The notes below the pieces were generated by a model, which saw only the letters and a program-made list of their open reading frames with translations, was not told where the DNA came from and searched no databases. Shown here piece after piece: positions 1 through 12,778 of a stretch of DNA of 64,000 nt. This DNA comes from Phoronis australis. Taxonomy: Eukaryota; Animalia; Phoronida. Positions within the stretch are counted from its first letter, which is position 1, and every line of letters starts with the position of its first letter. The stretch lies in assembly GCA_002633005.1 (NCBI GenBank), contig NMRA01000551.1:1-64000 (forward strand), written 5' to 3'. Both the position numbers and the translations under genes were made by a program.

Positions 1-1401
1 CACAATTCTTTACACCACCTGCCACATTGTTCTGCTAGTTGAAATCGATCTAAAAGCCCTTTTGTACTTAATTTCGGTCTGAGCAGAGTGTCGACATGAA
101 CTGGAAAGTTAATCGAACCGTTTTATCGGTTTTGGATGTCTAAGTAAACTGTAGCTGATGATGTTGTCATCAAAGTAATCGCAACGTAGTGCAGATGCAA
201 CACTTGTACACCAGGATTTTTTAATGTGATAATTTGGGAACATTGACATGTGCTATTGGACACAAAAACCTATTTCTTATTCGATTAGTGACTACCCGAG
301 CAAAATATGAGCAGCTTTTAGCGACGACATTACCCTGTAATTGTCGATGATAGCAGTGGCCCCTGACAATAACTTCTTCGATGTAACCGAAGTTGATCAT
401 TCATACTACCGTACACCACAGCATCGATGCTCCCCTTGTCTACTGCGAAGTCAACTGACACAGTTAACTTCGATTCAGGACCGAAATTAACCCTCCATAC
501 TGACTGCAACTCCCCAAAACATCGCCGTGTCGACGTTAGAATGAAAGGGCCTTACCAGTTTTAACTACATGTTAAAACACTAACATGGTGTAACTAGTTC
601 GGGTCAGCGTGAATCAGCACTACTAGTAGTAGTATAAGAACAAAAACTGAACAGCTGATCGAATTGAGGCTCTTCAAAATGATTCGGGTCCGATGTATGC
701 TGACTGAGATCAGTCACCCATCAGTGAGTGCTCTAACCGTATATACGAGTCGTTGAACATTTCACAAACAGTACACTTACTGACTTATACTTGTCCATCG
801 AAAGCCTGGTATTGTTCATTTGCTATAATGTAAAACCTTCACGAGTTTGAACATTCAGTCTTGTCCTCATTGTTTCTCACCTATCGAACGAGTCGCTTAC
901 AGGTACAGGGTTTGTTGGTAATGCCGCTTTTTGTACTGGCTAACACGTCTTTTTCTGAATCCCGTAGAGCAGGACGACTGCGTTTCGCCTTCGGACGTAC
1001 ACTTCATAGACCTACTTCTCCCCGCCATTTGTATAAATTCTGTTGACCTCTAGATCTGTGGCTGCGCATGCGTTGTTGTAATGTTAATGTATTTAGCACC
1101 ACGGATACTAAATTCTTTGTAAACATTTCATTCGTTTGTAGTATTTACAACGATTTTTTTCAAACGTTTTGTACAAGTTGAAAGTTAATAACTTTTTGAA
1201 CTCCATGTCACATCAAAAAACCGTCTTTAACGGCGTTAAGAGGTTTTTTCTTCTATAACTCGGACCATAGGCCTTTAAGAAAGTCTTCCTTTACCGACCC
1301 ACTATATTGGACAGCAACAGTTTAGTGCAAATCAAATATACTTAAAAAAGCTATGCCGCAATATTTATAGTCATTGTATTGATGAACCATTGAAATGTTT
1401 C

Positions 1402-1549
1402 CAGGTGCGGATCCACGATTTTGAGTTAGGGGTGCCAGGGCACGGTATTAGCCAGGATTTTGCCCGTCAGACATTCGCACCCCCAAACAGTCAAATGGAA
1501 TCTGGGAGAATTTTAGGGGGGCATGGCCCCCCTCTAAATCTGCCACTAG
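1402..1549. mobile_element. Short hAT-like MITE remnant
   Basis: CAGGTGCGGATCC...GGGGGGCATGGCCCCCC...AAATCTGCCACTAG. Confidence 0.45.
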
Positions 1550-1559
1550 TTTCAATATA

Positions 1560-2888
1560 AGAGCATAGTATATCACTGGGTTTATCTATACAAATGGGAC
1601 AGCTAAATACCACACACAAAAGCTTTTCACAATTTCCACTACTGGTACTATAAACACTCTGGCATTGCTATCTGAACCACTATCAAAAATTTGATCTAAA
1701 ACATTGGTAGTAACTGTTAAATATGTGACGGAAAGAAATTCCAGTGCTGTCCATTGACAAAGCACCAAGTCTGAATTTATCTGTGCCATGGCATCCTCCT
1801 TGGACACATCTGGAGCACCAGCAGTCGGCATTAGAGGGGCATCAATTTCTAAGCGAATTTCAAGATCTCCAGCTTCACTTTTGTTCTGTACTAAGTGGAA
1901 GGTGTTCTCCTTTTATTTACATACTCTGAAAAGCACAACAGCGGCAATTCAAAAGTAAAAAAAAAACATTTTGAATCCAGTGTTGTCCATGATTAAAGTA
2001 AAACACGATGATATCTAATTGCAAGTTTTCGCCTTCTTTTATAACCTTCAAGCAAATACCAAAGCTAGATTTTAATCCTGTTTTTTTTTGAAACAGACTA
2101 CTTTAATAATCAAAACCTTGGAATTGAGTTACCATCCTGTTTTACTTTATTCATAGTCTGCATTCTTTTCAAAATACATGCATCTTTTGCGATCAGCTTT
2201 ATTTGTTGTGGCTTTTAGTTTTACTGATCCATTTATAACTATGTCTTTCACGGAAAAACAACAGATTTTAAACACTTGAGAACTACGGTGATTGTGAAAA
2301 AAGATTGTTATTGTTCAGGCACTGTGAAAGCGTCATGAATAATTAGACATCAAAATTCTCAAGGTAACTTACCTTTTTATAAGACCAGCTTCAACCTTCA
2401 TGATGTGTTTGTCGTCAAAGCAGCCGTCCTCAAAATGATCGGAGCATATTTCGGCTCCGACAGATGGCTGACTCGACAGTCATTTTCAAAAGACGAGCAG
2501 AGCACTCGAAAACCTGCCATTACGCAGCCAGATGCTTGTCTTTTTAGAATTTAAATGCGCTCATGCCTTCCACCTGGGTGGTGTTAAAATAGTTAGCACA
2601 CACACACACCGATGCACCATGGCTAAAACACGCCAAGGTTGAACGGTCTTTGTTCTTTGTGTACTGTGATATAATAGCAGTGAACTGCATTGTGGGATAT
2701 GATCTGGTTTGTGTTCCCAACACCATGTCACGGTGTCAAAGGTCAACTTTTCGCGCATTTTCTTATTTTCACTTTTTTTAATTAACTAAAGATACAATAA
2801 TACGATGATTTGAATAAAATACATCCAAATAGCCATACATTGAAGATATTATTGCAATTTAACATACTTGGACCTTGCAAATTACACT
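1560..2888 (-). mobile_element. Degenerate intron-containing THAP transposase relic, probably Kolobok
   Basis: MVHRCVC..CAN...AFKF*KD...*W...EICSDHFEDGCF (2620-2373) ends at a GTAAGT donor. Downstream fragments VFIVP and FSCPIC near 1600; terminus-like ...TTACACT|TTAA at 2888. Confidence 0.55.
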
Positions 2889-3537
2889 TTAAAGACATGA
2901 CCACATTGGCGAGAATTCATGGAATGCACTGACCAGTTTGAAGTTTTGGAGTAAACTAGGTATGACAGAAAACAAGTCAAATCAGCAGAACATGAGGCTT
3001 TATACAAGATTACGCAGCTCAGTATGGTACTTTGAGAACTTGTGAACCAGGTATTCTATTTACATCAGAGGCACGTATAACCATCTATTTTTCGTGAAAG
3101 TGATAATTACTCTAAAGGGCAGTGCAATTGGCAAATCCCGAAACCAAAATACAAAAATATCAAATGGCAATAGCATTTTTATTATTAATTAATTAATTCT
3201 TAAGTAATGTAAAAACTAAATAGCTAATAATGTTCCAGAACAACTCAAGTAGGATTTGGATACACTGGGCAATGAGAATATTTGGGAATACGGAATAGGA
3301 ATTTTTCAACAAATTTGTTGATAGTTTGTCTCAAATTTTTATCCATTTCAAATTTGCCCTGTTAAATGTTTTGTACTTAGTTTTGAAAGAAACACAGGAA
3401 AATGACTAATAATACTACTGCGTCAGAGAGTTTTGTGGAGAGGGTGTCATTTGCACTTGTGACATGAACAAATGATGAATTTCTTTTTATAATAGAATGA
3501 AAATTATGTTTGAAAGAATGCAAGCTATGCAGTAAAA

Positions 3538-3627
3538 CAATCCCGCGCTGTGAACACTCGATAGCAATCCCGCACTGTGAACACTCTTTAGCAATGCCGA
3601 ACTGCGACCACTCTACAGGAATGCCGC
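3538..3627. repeat. 27-bp degenerate tandem repeat, ~3.3 copies
   Basis: CAATCCCGC.CTGTGAACACTC..TAG units. Confidence 0.8.
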
Positions 3628-3639
3628 TGACATTACCTT

Positions 3640-5090
3640 GAATGGTTGTGATGAATACGCATATCCGCAGTCATGGTACCGTTGGATTTCCAAAATTATG
3701 CTACATGAATAGGTGATTATGTCGCAATTTTGATTATATACACGAAAAGTATTTGTTTTATTCAATTGATTTATATTTTGATGAAGCAGTTGGCAGATTT
3801 GTTCGCCAAGGCAACCATTTATGGAATTTCAAAAACTGCTTACTGGTTTTGACATACGAGTCATAAGGGTTTGGTTTTTATTGTTATTTTTAGCAAAGTA
3901 TTTGCATTAGATGTATGGAGGTTTTTTATGTTGCTGAAAAGGCTTGTTTACGTCTTTTGCCATAGCAACCATTTTTGGATTTTCAAGTGTCGCGTTGGTT
4001 ATGACACTTCTTTGATAAAACTAACAGCGTTTGCTTTATGCACATCAAATGTATCAAAATTTGTCGGTGTGTAGTGTGTTCAGTTTAACATAATGCTTCC
4101 CAACTCCTTGGTTATAAGTGCTTTGATTACTCCTGACATTAGGTCAGCATCAAACCTAAAATAGACAAAATGTTCATCAAAGCTTGACAACTCTGTTAAA
4201 ATATGTCACGTTTATTTTGAAAACGTCTTCATTTAGTACTCCCAAGGAAGGTCCGCCGTTACCGTAACGTTGAAATAGGTTCATCTAAATAGCTGAAAAA
4301 TATTTTAAAGCATCAATCACAGAGTTTATCAAGGTGACATGAACTGTTTGTTAGGCGCTTCACATGAGTCAATAGTTATAGTCAACGCAATATTGACTGC
4401 AAGATGAATTGGAAGAATAAAATAAAGAGGGACAATCACTGACAACAAAACATCAAATAGCAATTACGCAACAGTTTTATGTATCAGGCTGTTTGCCTTT
4501 GACAATCCAAGAACCGATGTCTTGATTTTCAGAATGAAATTAAGCTTGACAAGGAACGATCTGGACACCACCATCTGTAAAACATAAACTAGAACTTACT
4601 TTAAACACGTGACGGTACAGTGCTCTACCGTCATCTTCAGCTGGTCCACTACTTATCTTAATGGTTTCGTCAAAGAAACATAATAATCATATTACAACAT
4701 ATGGATATTAGAATTTATTAGTGCTTTAAACCTCAGTGGACTGGGCACCAATTGCATTCAATAATTGTTTTGCTTCAGCAACAACATAAAATACTTGCAG
4801 TTATTCAGAACAAGCCTGCGCTGATCGCCAAAGTGATAAAAAATCTGTTTTGAAAGTGTTAACTGTCTGATGAAGGAGCTAATATAAATTATTAATGATC
4901 AATTCATTCTGCATGTGAGCTCCTATAAGGTTTTCTTGTTATGGTATGTTATGCGTTTGTGGCATTATGAGACCAAAGATCATTTGTTCAAAATGAATGA
5001 TTTACCTTCTAAGAAAAACGAACAGGTTCGAACTATTTTGTGTCACCACTTTTGACACTAAAAACAACCATAGAAACATACTGGTTGCAC
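3640..5090 (-). mobile_element. Highly decayed THAP plus DDE_Tnp_4-like (Harbinger/ISL2EU) transposase relic
   Basis: Scattered fragments VCFYGC, STVPS, HYTPTNFDTF, LMTRM, KWLPWR.NLP and LEIQR...YS...K| with splice-like boundaries; many stops. Confidence 0.3.
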
Positions 5091-5704
5091 TATACACGAG
5101 GGTGCATTTAAATGCTTTGCATCGCCCTCGTTTACTAAATTTTGATAAAAAGACACGTGGTCCAATTGCTGGCAGATTGCACGTTAACGAAAGACGTCGC
5201 TGTAGTCGGCTGTGTTGGCAAGTGTCGGCCAAAGACGCCTTTTTACAGTCTCTGTGTTGGCTTACGTACATGTAAATATAGTAAATATGGCAGATTGGCA
5301 ATAAATCACATTCAGCAGGATTTGTACTTTCAGGAACATATAATTTTACAAAGTCAAATTCAATAGTTTTGTAGATATTTGACAAAATGCCCAGACTTGT
5401 CAATAGGTTCTGCAACTGCATATGAGGCATGCCGAGACGCGTACTAACGGATTGCCGATCCGTAATAAGATTCACTTTTGCTTTTCTTGCACTAATGGGC
5501 CTTCGATCGTATAAATGTCTTTTGCTTTTGTTTTCAAAAAAAATGCGAGTGTACTTCACCGGCTTCCCAGTCACGTGACCTTCAAGTACCATCTTACACC
5601 CAAGCTCACTTTGCCCGACAAGTACATTTAATTTTTAACATGAACTAGTAATGTAGTAGTAGTAGCAGTACACTTTATTCACGTTAAGATAAAAACACAA
5701 ATAG

Positions 5705-8700
5705 TAGTCGGTGGGCCAGATCTCATAGCGTTCACCCTTGTGAGTACTTTGGGGGGGCAACCTAGTTTTTTCTATGTGGCTAGATAATATACCCATAAAT
5801 CAAATTCCAAAAAGTTCCCACGTCTACACTTGCACATTTTTTTAAAAAAAGGTGTTTTTGTTGCACAAAATATGATGCATATTCCTGCCACTTGATGGCG
5901 CTTTTCTAGTGAATTGACCAATCAGAGAGCCAGATTGTATTGTTGTGCTTAGTTACTTCAATATGGCTGCTCCCATGGAATGTGATGTCTGTATAATTCA
6001 AGGTTTATCAAACAGCACAAAATTGTGATGTCAGAGCCTAAAGAAGCTTAGGAAAGCTTCCTGACGAAAGCTGATTGACTGTGGAACTCTGTAGATCAGT
6101 AGATCAAAAAGAAGAAGAGGTGTCACAAACGTTTGTGCAGAAAACAGCTGCATGCCCTGGTAGCCTACACAGTATACTGCTGAGTGCTATAGACTAGAAT
6201 ACCAAGTGTCAGACCAGAAAATTGAAAGGACATAGAACGGCATAGCAACGTTTCAAGGCACCAACAGTAGTACTAAAGCTGAAGTTGCTGAAAGTGATAC
6301 AGATGTTATCCAAGATTTCCCAAGAAAATCAATCACTTCCAAAATCTGAAACACCCAATTAACCTGAACAAGATAGGAACATTCTGAAACATGAGTGCAT
6401 CATTTGTTAGCAGGAAAAGTACATTATGGGCCACATTTCAAGAAAGAGAAAGAAGTATAGCTTTCAAAAACAGGTACGTGTTTTTTAAAAATACATTTTG
6501 GTGTTTTCCACGTGTGATTCAGTATTATCACCAGTTGTTTTTTAACTTGTTCAGCCCCTTGACTGCCTAGGCCTTAGACAATACTGCTGACCCAGTAGAG
6601 ACGATGATCATACTATAGGTACTTCATATGCCGGATACTTTTCGGCAAATTATGTTCCTATAAGTTTAGAAGTACCGCGTAGAGAGATGCCTCTGAGGAG
6701 GTCGTTAATGTTTTCATTTGTTCCCAGTTTAAACAAATACTCCTGCAATCCTGTTTTTCGAACACTCCATTCAGTTGCCACATCGACACTGCTTGCGCTA
6801 AGGGATAATCCTATGGCGTTATACTGTGGGTGTGATTTTAAAGCACTTTAAGTCTAAAACTTTTGAGAAGGTTAAATGGAGTAGATAGTTGCAAACAACA
6901 TGCCCAAGTGGCCGTCATCCCCTGCCGTAGTCTCAATTTTTTGTAAACATTAATTACTTAGGTAGCAGCTGCAATGATAATTAAATTAAAGTGCCTAAGT
7001 GGCCATCGTCGCCGTCGAAATTTGAGGACGATGGAAGCCACTGTCCATTTCGTCAAACGTCGATTACCTTAAGTGTAAATCGATTGACTATGGTTTGAGC
7101 ATCTGATTTAAAAAAATTAAATTTCAATCACTGCACAGGTATATCAGCTGATTTATTTTCAGCTGCATCTACTGATCTAATTATTAGACGATCAACATTA
7201 TTAGGCTACAGGTCAAACGGCATGTAAATTTGTTAGGCTGGTGGTGGATCAGCTCCTGATACGTCCGTCTGAAAAAGTTGCATGCCAACTCACTCATAGT
7301 TGAATGTTAAATTAGTGTTAACAGTTCGGGTTTTTTTCAGTTGGACTTGTATCGCAAGCAACAGCTCAGTCCAGAGCCCTGAATATGCAAATGAAATTCA
7401 AAGATAAAGACCTTGTGTCTTAGAAGCCAAGTACCACAGATCATCATGCTGTAAAAAAGAGAAAGACAAAGATTGTGGAGAGTGACGAATCCCCAGTTTT
7501 CAGAGATGTTTTTCTACAGTTTTGTTTGGAGTTCATTGAATCAAAGCTTCTAGCACATGGAGATGTCATTTGCCTTTCAAAACTAAAGCAAGACTTTGAA
7601 GCTGTTCTTCAGAAAGCTGGTGTGCATGAAGTTATTTGGACAGGCAATCTTAAGAAATATTGTTGAAGCTACTCACTGTTGTAGTTTGTGCCTGACTAAG
7701 AGATACGAAAGTGAATTGAGGCTAGTGTTCAATAATTCACTTGCTGACTCTAATTAACACAGCCCATTATAACATATTTTGAATCAAACGTTTGCCCAAA
7801 TAGTGCCCGCCTCCAAACAAGGACTTAGTGTTTGACCCTTCATTGCCTGCGGGCTAATCACCAGTGTGCAGTGCTGTACCCTCTCTAATCGACCATAGTT
7901 GGCTCCTTGGCGGTGGAGCTTTGCAGTTAATATGTATGGCAATGACCGCATCTCCATTGACAGTACTAAACGATGAACGCTGCAAGTGCAAAAAGAACAT
8001 GTGTGCTGGGAAACTGAGTTTGTGCTGCAATGCTGGGTCAAACTGTACAGAAATGTGCAGCTGTGACAACTGTAGTAACATCAGCAACACTGACTGCATA
8101 ACATTGGATAGTTCTTTGACAAGTCAACCCTAAATAGACCTCCAACCCCGTTATTTCCTTTTTTGTATTAAAAAGTTAATTTTATTTGTTGATTAAGTCA
8201 TAGAAAGTACATACTTTGATCATTGTCATGTATTTGTCTCATACTGCTTGATAAACGCTGTCAGAATAATCTATTATTTTCATACAGTCTTTGTGCACAT
8301 TCACAGAGATCATTCAACTATATTGTTTTTGTACTATAACGTATTTCTGGTGTATTATGCAAACAAGCTGTATTTTACACCATTAGTCAATGTTTTAGTC
8401 ATTGAGGCACAAATTTTGCCCAGTCTCAAGTGTTTTGTGTTATTTTTGTTGCCTGACAATGCCAGAATAACTTCCTAGTAACATTCAGACTTAGTTTGCA
8501 TTTTTGCCACTAGGTGTCTCTTTACGTTTTTTAAATTTCACTGTTTACAATTAATTTACAATAGTAAAACGTGTAATGTGAGTGTAATATTGTTCAATAC
8601 AATGGCACTGATGGGACCATATTACTTGTTTTACAAAAAAGTCACCAAAACTGTTGTTTTTACAAATATAAGTTTACTAAGCTCTTTGGTGATTATTATG

Positions 8701-8870
8701 TAACTTCAAACTCAAATTTCTCAAAAATGTGCAACTTTATATGTGGGAACTTTTTAGATTTTGAAAACACTCTAATAAATGAATTAAAAAACACCAAAAT
8801 AAAATTGCCCCCCTAAAGTACTCACAAAAACCATTTTCTAGAGGCCCTACAAAATCTGGCCCACCGACTA
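5705..8870 (+). mobile_element. Academ-type DNA transposon, internally deleted and degenerate
   Basis: TIR TAGTCGGTGGGCCAGAT...ATCTGGCCCACCGACTA, with patchy inverted similarity over ~150 bp, and a 3-bp TSD (TAG). Transposase relics DLV.LEAKYH (~7410), HCLRANHQ (~7840) and a C-terminal CxC cluster CKCKK..C....CC..G..CT..CSC..C.N (7981-8080). Confidence 0.75.
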
Positions 8871-9246
8871 TAGTACATATTAAAGCTTAGAGAGACCTGA
8901 AGGAGCTGCAGGGTTCACTGACCATGTTGCAGATAATGAGAATTACAAAATTAGGTGATACTACAATTTAAAACTATATGTAAAAAGTCTAGCTTATTGA
9001 AAATAGTTACACACAAAGCACTTAGGAATACTGCACTCAAGTTCATAACTTTCAAAACAAACGTTCATCAAATAATTTATAGTAGATGATAATGAATGGT
9101 TATTAATGGTATGAGGTAAGCCATTGCGAACTGAAACATCTACAAATGATTTAGTACAACGAGGAGTGTGTAGAATATGTCGTTGCCTAGTGTAATGTTC
9201 ATGAATAGACTCACGGATTAATAACTACTGAAATAATGAAGTATGA
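8871..9246 (-). mobile_element. 5'-truncated CR1/L2-group LINE, ORF2 C-terminus and 3' UTR (tail continues at 5645-5704)
   Basis: Minus frame HEHYTRQRHILHTP...YELECSIPKCFVCNYFQ*. AATAAA and an (ACT)n tail lie on the other side of the Academ insertion. Confidence 0.6.
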
Positions 9247-10399
9247 TCGTCCAACACAGGACTCGGTTATTAGTTACGAATATCAGATGGCCGGATTTTC
9301 AAACCGAATTTTTCCATTTAGGAAAGACAGTTTTGTTTAATTACGGTATGCCGCCGACTGTCCGTGGTCATTCAAAATTTGTGAGATTCAGCAAAGGATT
9401 TCATCCAGTACATTTGTCAATTATAAACTTTTCAAAAACGGTTTTATGTTTTCACTTAAAATCAATCAAAATTATAGTGAATCTCAAGCTATTTCCAGAA
9501 GACGGGTGTGGAACTCAATCTCAAACGGTTTTCTATCAAAGCTCGGCATTTCAGGCCTCGAAATGATGTGGAAATTATAGCGAGAGATAAAAACAACACA
9601 ACCATTGAAGTCAACAAGAACCAAGCGACTCTATTCGGGGAAGACAAATACAAGAACAGAACTGAGGTCAAATGTTAATCCACAAATAAACAACTTGTCT
9701 GGCACGGCAGTCCAGCGTACCATTCCATTCCCAAATACTTATTCTTGAGAGGTTACTCCTCCTATGTGCTTGTCGTCCCGTTTTTTTTACGTACAGTCAC
9801 GTGATTAGCAATTTTTTCACGCTGGCTTTGATTGCCATTACACACTGTCCACGTCGACCCTTTTCATGGCGCCAAACAACGAGCCAGCTGATGAGGTCGG
9901 TCCCTCTCGAATTTAGTTGGGTTTGACTGACAGCCTAAGTTGGGAATTGGCAACTTGTATTAAAATCACAAACATGACATATGCTGTTGGTTATTGCTCT
10001 AGGTAAAGCTAATAACTTCAAGAAGTCAATCCTACTCAAATGCGTTCTGACGTCAAGCCAACTGACCCTTTATCGTGCCGTATTCCACTACTCGATTGTT
10101 ATGACGCGACACAAAATTAAAATCAAAACATTGCATAGTAGCCATTGCGTACAATAGCGGATTTGCAGCGCAGACGAACTACGCATTGCGCATGTGCGAG
10201 TTACTTCCTTCGCGAAGGCTCATGGGATAGCTTGTGGTCAGGCATGTCTTGAGCAGGCTGGATAGTGTGTGCATTTGGAGTGATTTGCAAACTAAAAACC
10301 ATGTTTCATTTTTTGCTTTATAATACCAAGCAAGTCCTCTCTCTCGTTTGTAAACACAGCGTAGCTATGATCAGTGACCGTGTGACCGAGAGCACGACT

Positions 10400-10635
10400 N
10401 NNNNNNNNNNNNNNNNNNNNNNNNNNNNNNNNNNNNNNNNNNNNNNNNNNNNNNNNNNNNNNNNNNNNNNNNNNNNNNNNNNNNNNNNNNNNNNNNNNNN
10501 NNNNNNNNNNNNNNNNNNNNNNNNNNNNNNNNNNNNNNNNNNNNNNNNNNNNNNNNNNNNNNNNNNNNNNNNNNNNNNNNNNNNNNNNNNNNNNNNNNNN
10601 NNNNNNNNNNNNNNNNNNNNNNNNNNNNNNNNNNN
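10400..10635. other. Assembly gap
   Basis: Run of N. Confidence 1.
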
Positions 10636-10712
10636 GGTTCAGTTTGCGCAAATGTTTACAGCCGGACAAAATGTTGGGCCCCCCCCCTTGTGATATCCTA
10701 GATCCGCCACTG
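10636..10712 (-). mobile_element. End of a second copy of the 17076-18056 element
   Basis: GGGCCCCCCCCTTGTGATATCCTAGATCCGCCACTG closely matches the reverse complement of 17076-17112. Confidence 0.65.
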
Positions 10713-12211
10713 CCTCCTGTGTGCTCGTCGTCCCGTTTTTTACGTACAGTCACGTGATTAGCAATTTTTTCACGCAGGCTTTGATTGCCACGACACACCG
10801 TCCACGTCGACCCTTTTCATGGCGCCTAACAACGAGCCAGCTGATGAGGTCGTCCCTCTCGATTTCAGTTGGGTTTGACTGACAGCCTAAGTTGGGAATT
10901 GGCAACTTGTATTAAAATCACAAACATGACATATGCTGTTGGTTATTGCTCTGGGTAAAGCTAATAAGTCAATCCTACTCAAATGCGTTTTGACGTCAAG
11001 CCAACTGACCCTTTATCGTGCCGTATTCCACTACTCGATTGTTACGACGCGACACAAAATTAAAATCAAAACATTGCAAAGTAGCCATTGCGTGCAATTA
11101 GATGTCCCAATGTAAAATTCATATTCTCGAAGTGACACTCAATAAGTCCTTAGGGATACCTATTACCTAATCGGAAAATCCTTTGTCAAACTGTTTACAA
11201 ATTACATAATATAAACTAGTTAATACGCGTATTTTCTAAAAGTAGAAACTCTGTAGAAAATGACTTGATTCCAACATGACCCTGTTTTTTTAATAGAAAA
11301 TGTGCATTCGTTAAAAAAGTGGCTGAGTTTTTACATAAACGTATGTCCGGTTAAAATCATCAAAGCGTTGTAATTTTATAGTTTTGTAAGTTATCGTTTC
11401 GTTTTATAAAGTCCTAAAAGGTCTTATTTTTGATAAACCCTCACGCAAAAGTGGTAGACTTTAAAATAGCATTTTACCATAATAAAACATAGCATATGTA
11501 TATTGCAAGCATTTTAAGTATGGTCTGCACGCCACATCACATGACCTACATGTAAGTCCGAAAAGATATCTGCCCCGACCGTGACTTGAACCCGGTGACC
11601 TTTAGCTTACCGTGCATCTCATACGTAAGTTCCGGACATAATTACGAGCGACCCTATCCCCAGAACGGCCCACGATAGTTTCCGATACGAACCGCGTGAG
11701 GCAAAAAAATCCTCCAGGTAACAAGAATAGTCGCTTCAACAATTGAAAGTACATGACGAGGATTTCAAACATGTAGAAAACAAAAATAAACCTTAAGAGT
11801 GCATGGGAACCGTCCTTCGGACTACCGAAGCTGACCAATGAATTAAAATATTGAATACACTCTTTCAGCTGGTTTCCTCATCTAGACGACTGTTGCACAT
11901 GAGAACCGTAGCGTAGCCTATTAAATGCTCTGCGGAGGGTAAATACGCGTAACGCTTGCAGCTAATTCTAATTCCATTACTGTCTTAATTTGACTTGTAG
12001 ATTAAACCTTTGGCATTTAATGTAAACCCACCGTGTTGTGCCACTGCTCCCCTTGGACTATCTAATCAGGAATCTGCATTGATCGACCAGCGCTAATTTC
12101 GCTAAAGAGGCCAATATCAAAACAATATGCAACGAACGACTAGTGTTCATACGCAACTAAGATCGATGTAATTACACATGGCTCGTGCCTGTTGAGCGTT
12201 GATTTTTTAAA

Positions 12212-12368
12212 ATGGCGTCAACCTTGCCTGCATTTCTCTGCATGGCAAGTGGACTGTTAGAAGGAATTGGCATCCTATCAGAAGCGTTTCCACGCGGGGG
12301 TTCGTCCAGCCGCGGGGTAATCAATAGGTATTACGTCAAAAACGACTTACCAAAACCCAAGTACTCAG
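12212..12368 (+). CDS. Gene C exon 1: small membrane protein, signal-peptide-like N-terminus (MASTLPAFLCMASGLLEGIGILSEAFPRGGSSSRGVINRYYVKNDLPKPKYS)
   Basis: aaaATGG start context, 52 open codons, consensus donor CAG|GTAAGA in phase 1. Confidence 0.6.
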
Positions 12369-12712
12369 GTAAGAATAGGTGATACCAGCAATACCCGTAG
12401 CTTATTGTTAGTGTCGAAATAGTTGCCTAATGTTTCGCTGTCAAGAGACAGTCCTGCCTTGTGGTCGTGATGGCGTGGCCTACAGTTACTTTAACAAACG
12501 ATTACTATTCGACTTCTTGCCTCACTTGATGAGCAGCAGCGTAGTCATGTAACCCGATCTATGTGAATGTTCACACGCATCAAGCCGGCACCTGACTGGT
12601 GAGAGACATACGTCACAGTAGTGACATGGTGGTCCACCATGTTGTCGGTAGTGGTCGATCGACTGGGTCGATAGTTTCGACTCTGTCGTTTTACGGAACA
12701 CCTTTATTTTTG

Positions 12713-12778
12713 CATGACTGTTGCTTAGTCGCACTTGCACCAAACAACCATGACTGTTGCTTAGTCGCACTTGCACCA
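12713..12778. repeat. 36-bp-period tandem duplication
   Basis: CATGACTGTTGCTTAGTCGCACTTGCACCA occurs twice. Confidence 0.85.

Larger units (their letters stand above)
9761..11098 (+). repeat. ~390-bp direct duplication (9761-10155 vs 10716-11098) flanking an N gap
   Basis: Near-identical copies with a few substitutions and small indels. Confidence 0.85.

Noticed and set aside
55-551. Possible Harbinger-like MITE with patchy inverted similarity
   Set aside because: The inverted matches are short and degenerate; boundaries and TSD are not convincing by eye.
5002-5592. 196-aa minus-strand ORF
   Set aside because: No recognisable domain or coding-like composition; it overlaps the presumed 5' region of a TE relic.
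7864-8133. Cys-rich ORF as a metallothionein or tesmin host gene
   Set aside because: It lies within TIRs, directly after the H..RAN.Q...P....W transposase motif, so it is the Academ-type C-terminal CxC region.
10265-10798. ORFs 10265..10693, 10292..10798 and 27762..28073
   Set aside because: Open only because they cross N gaps.
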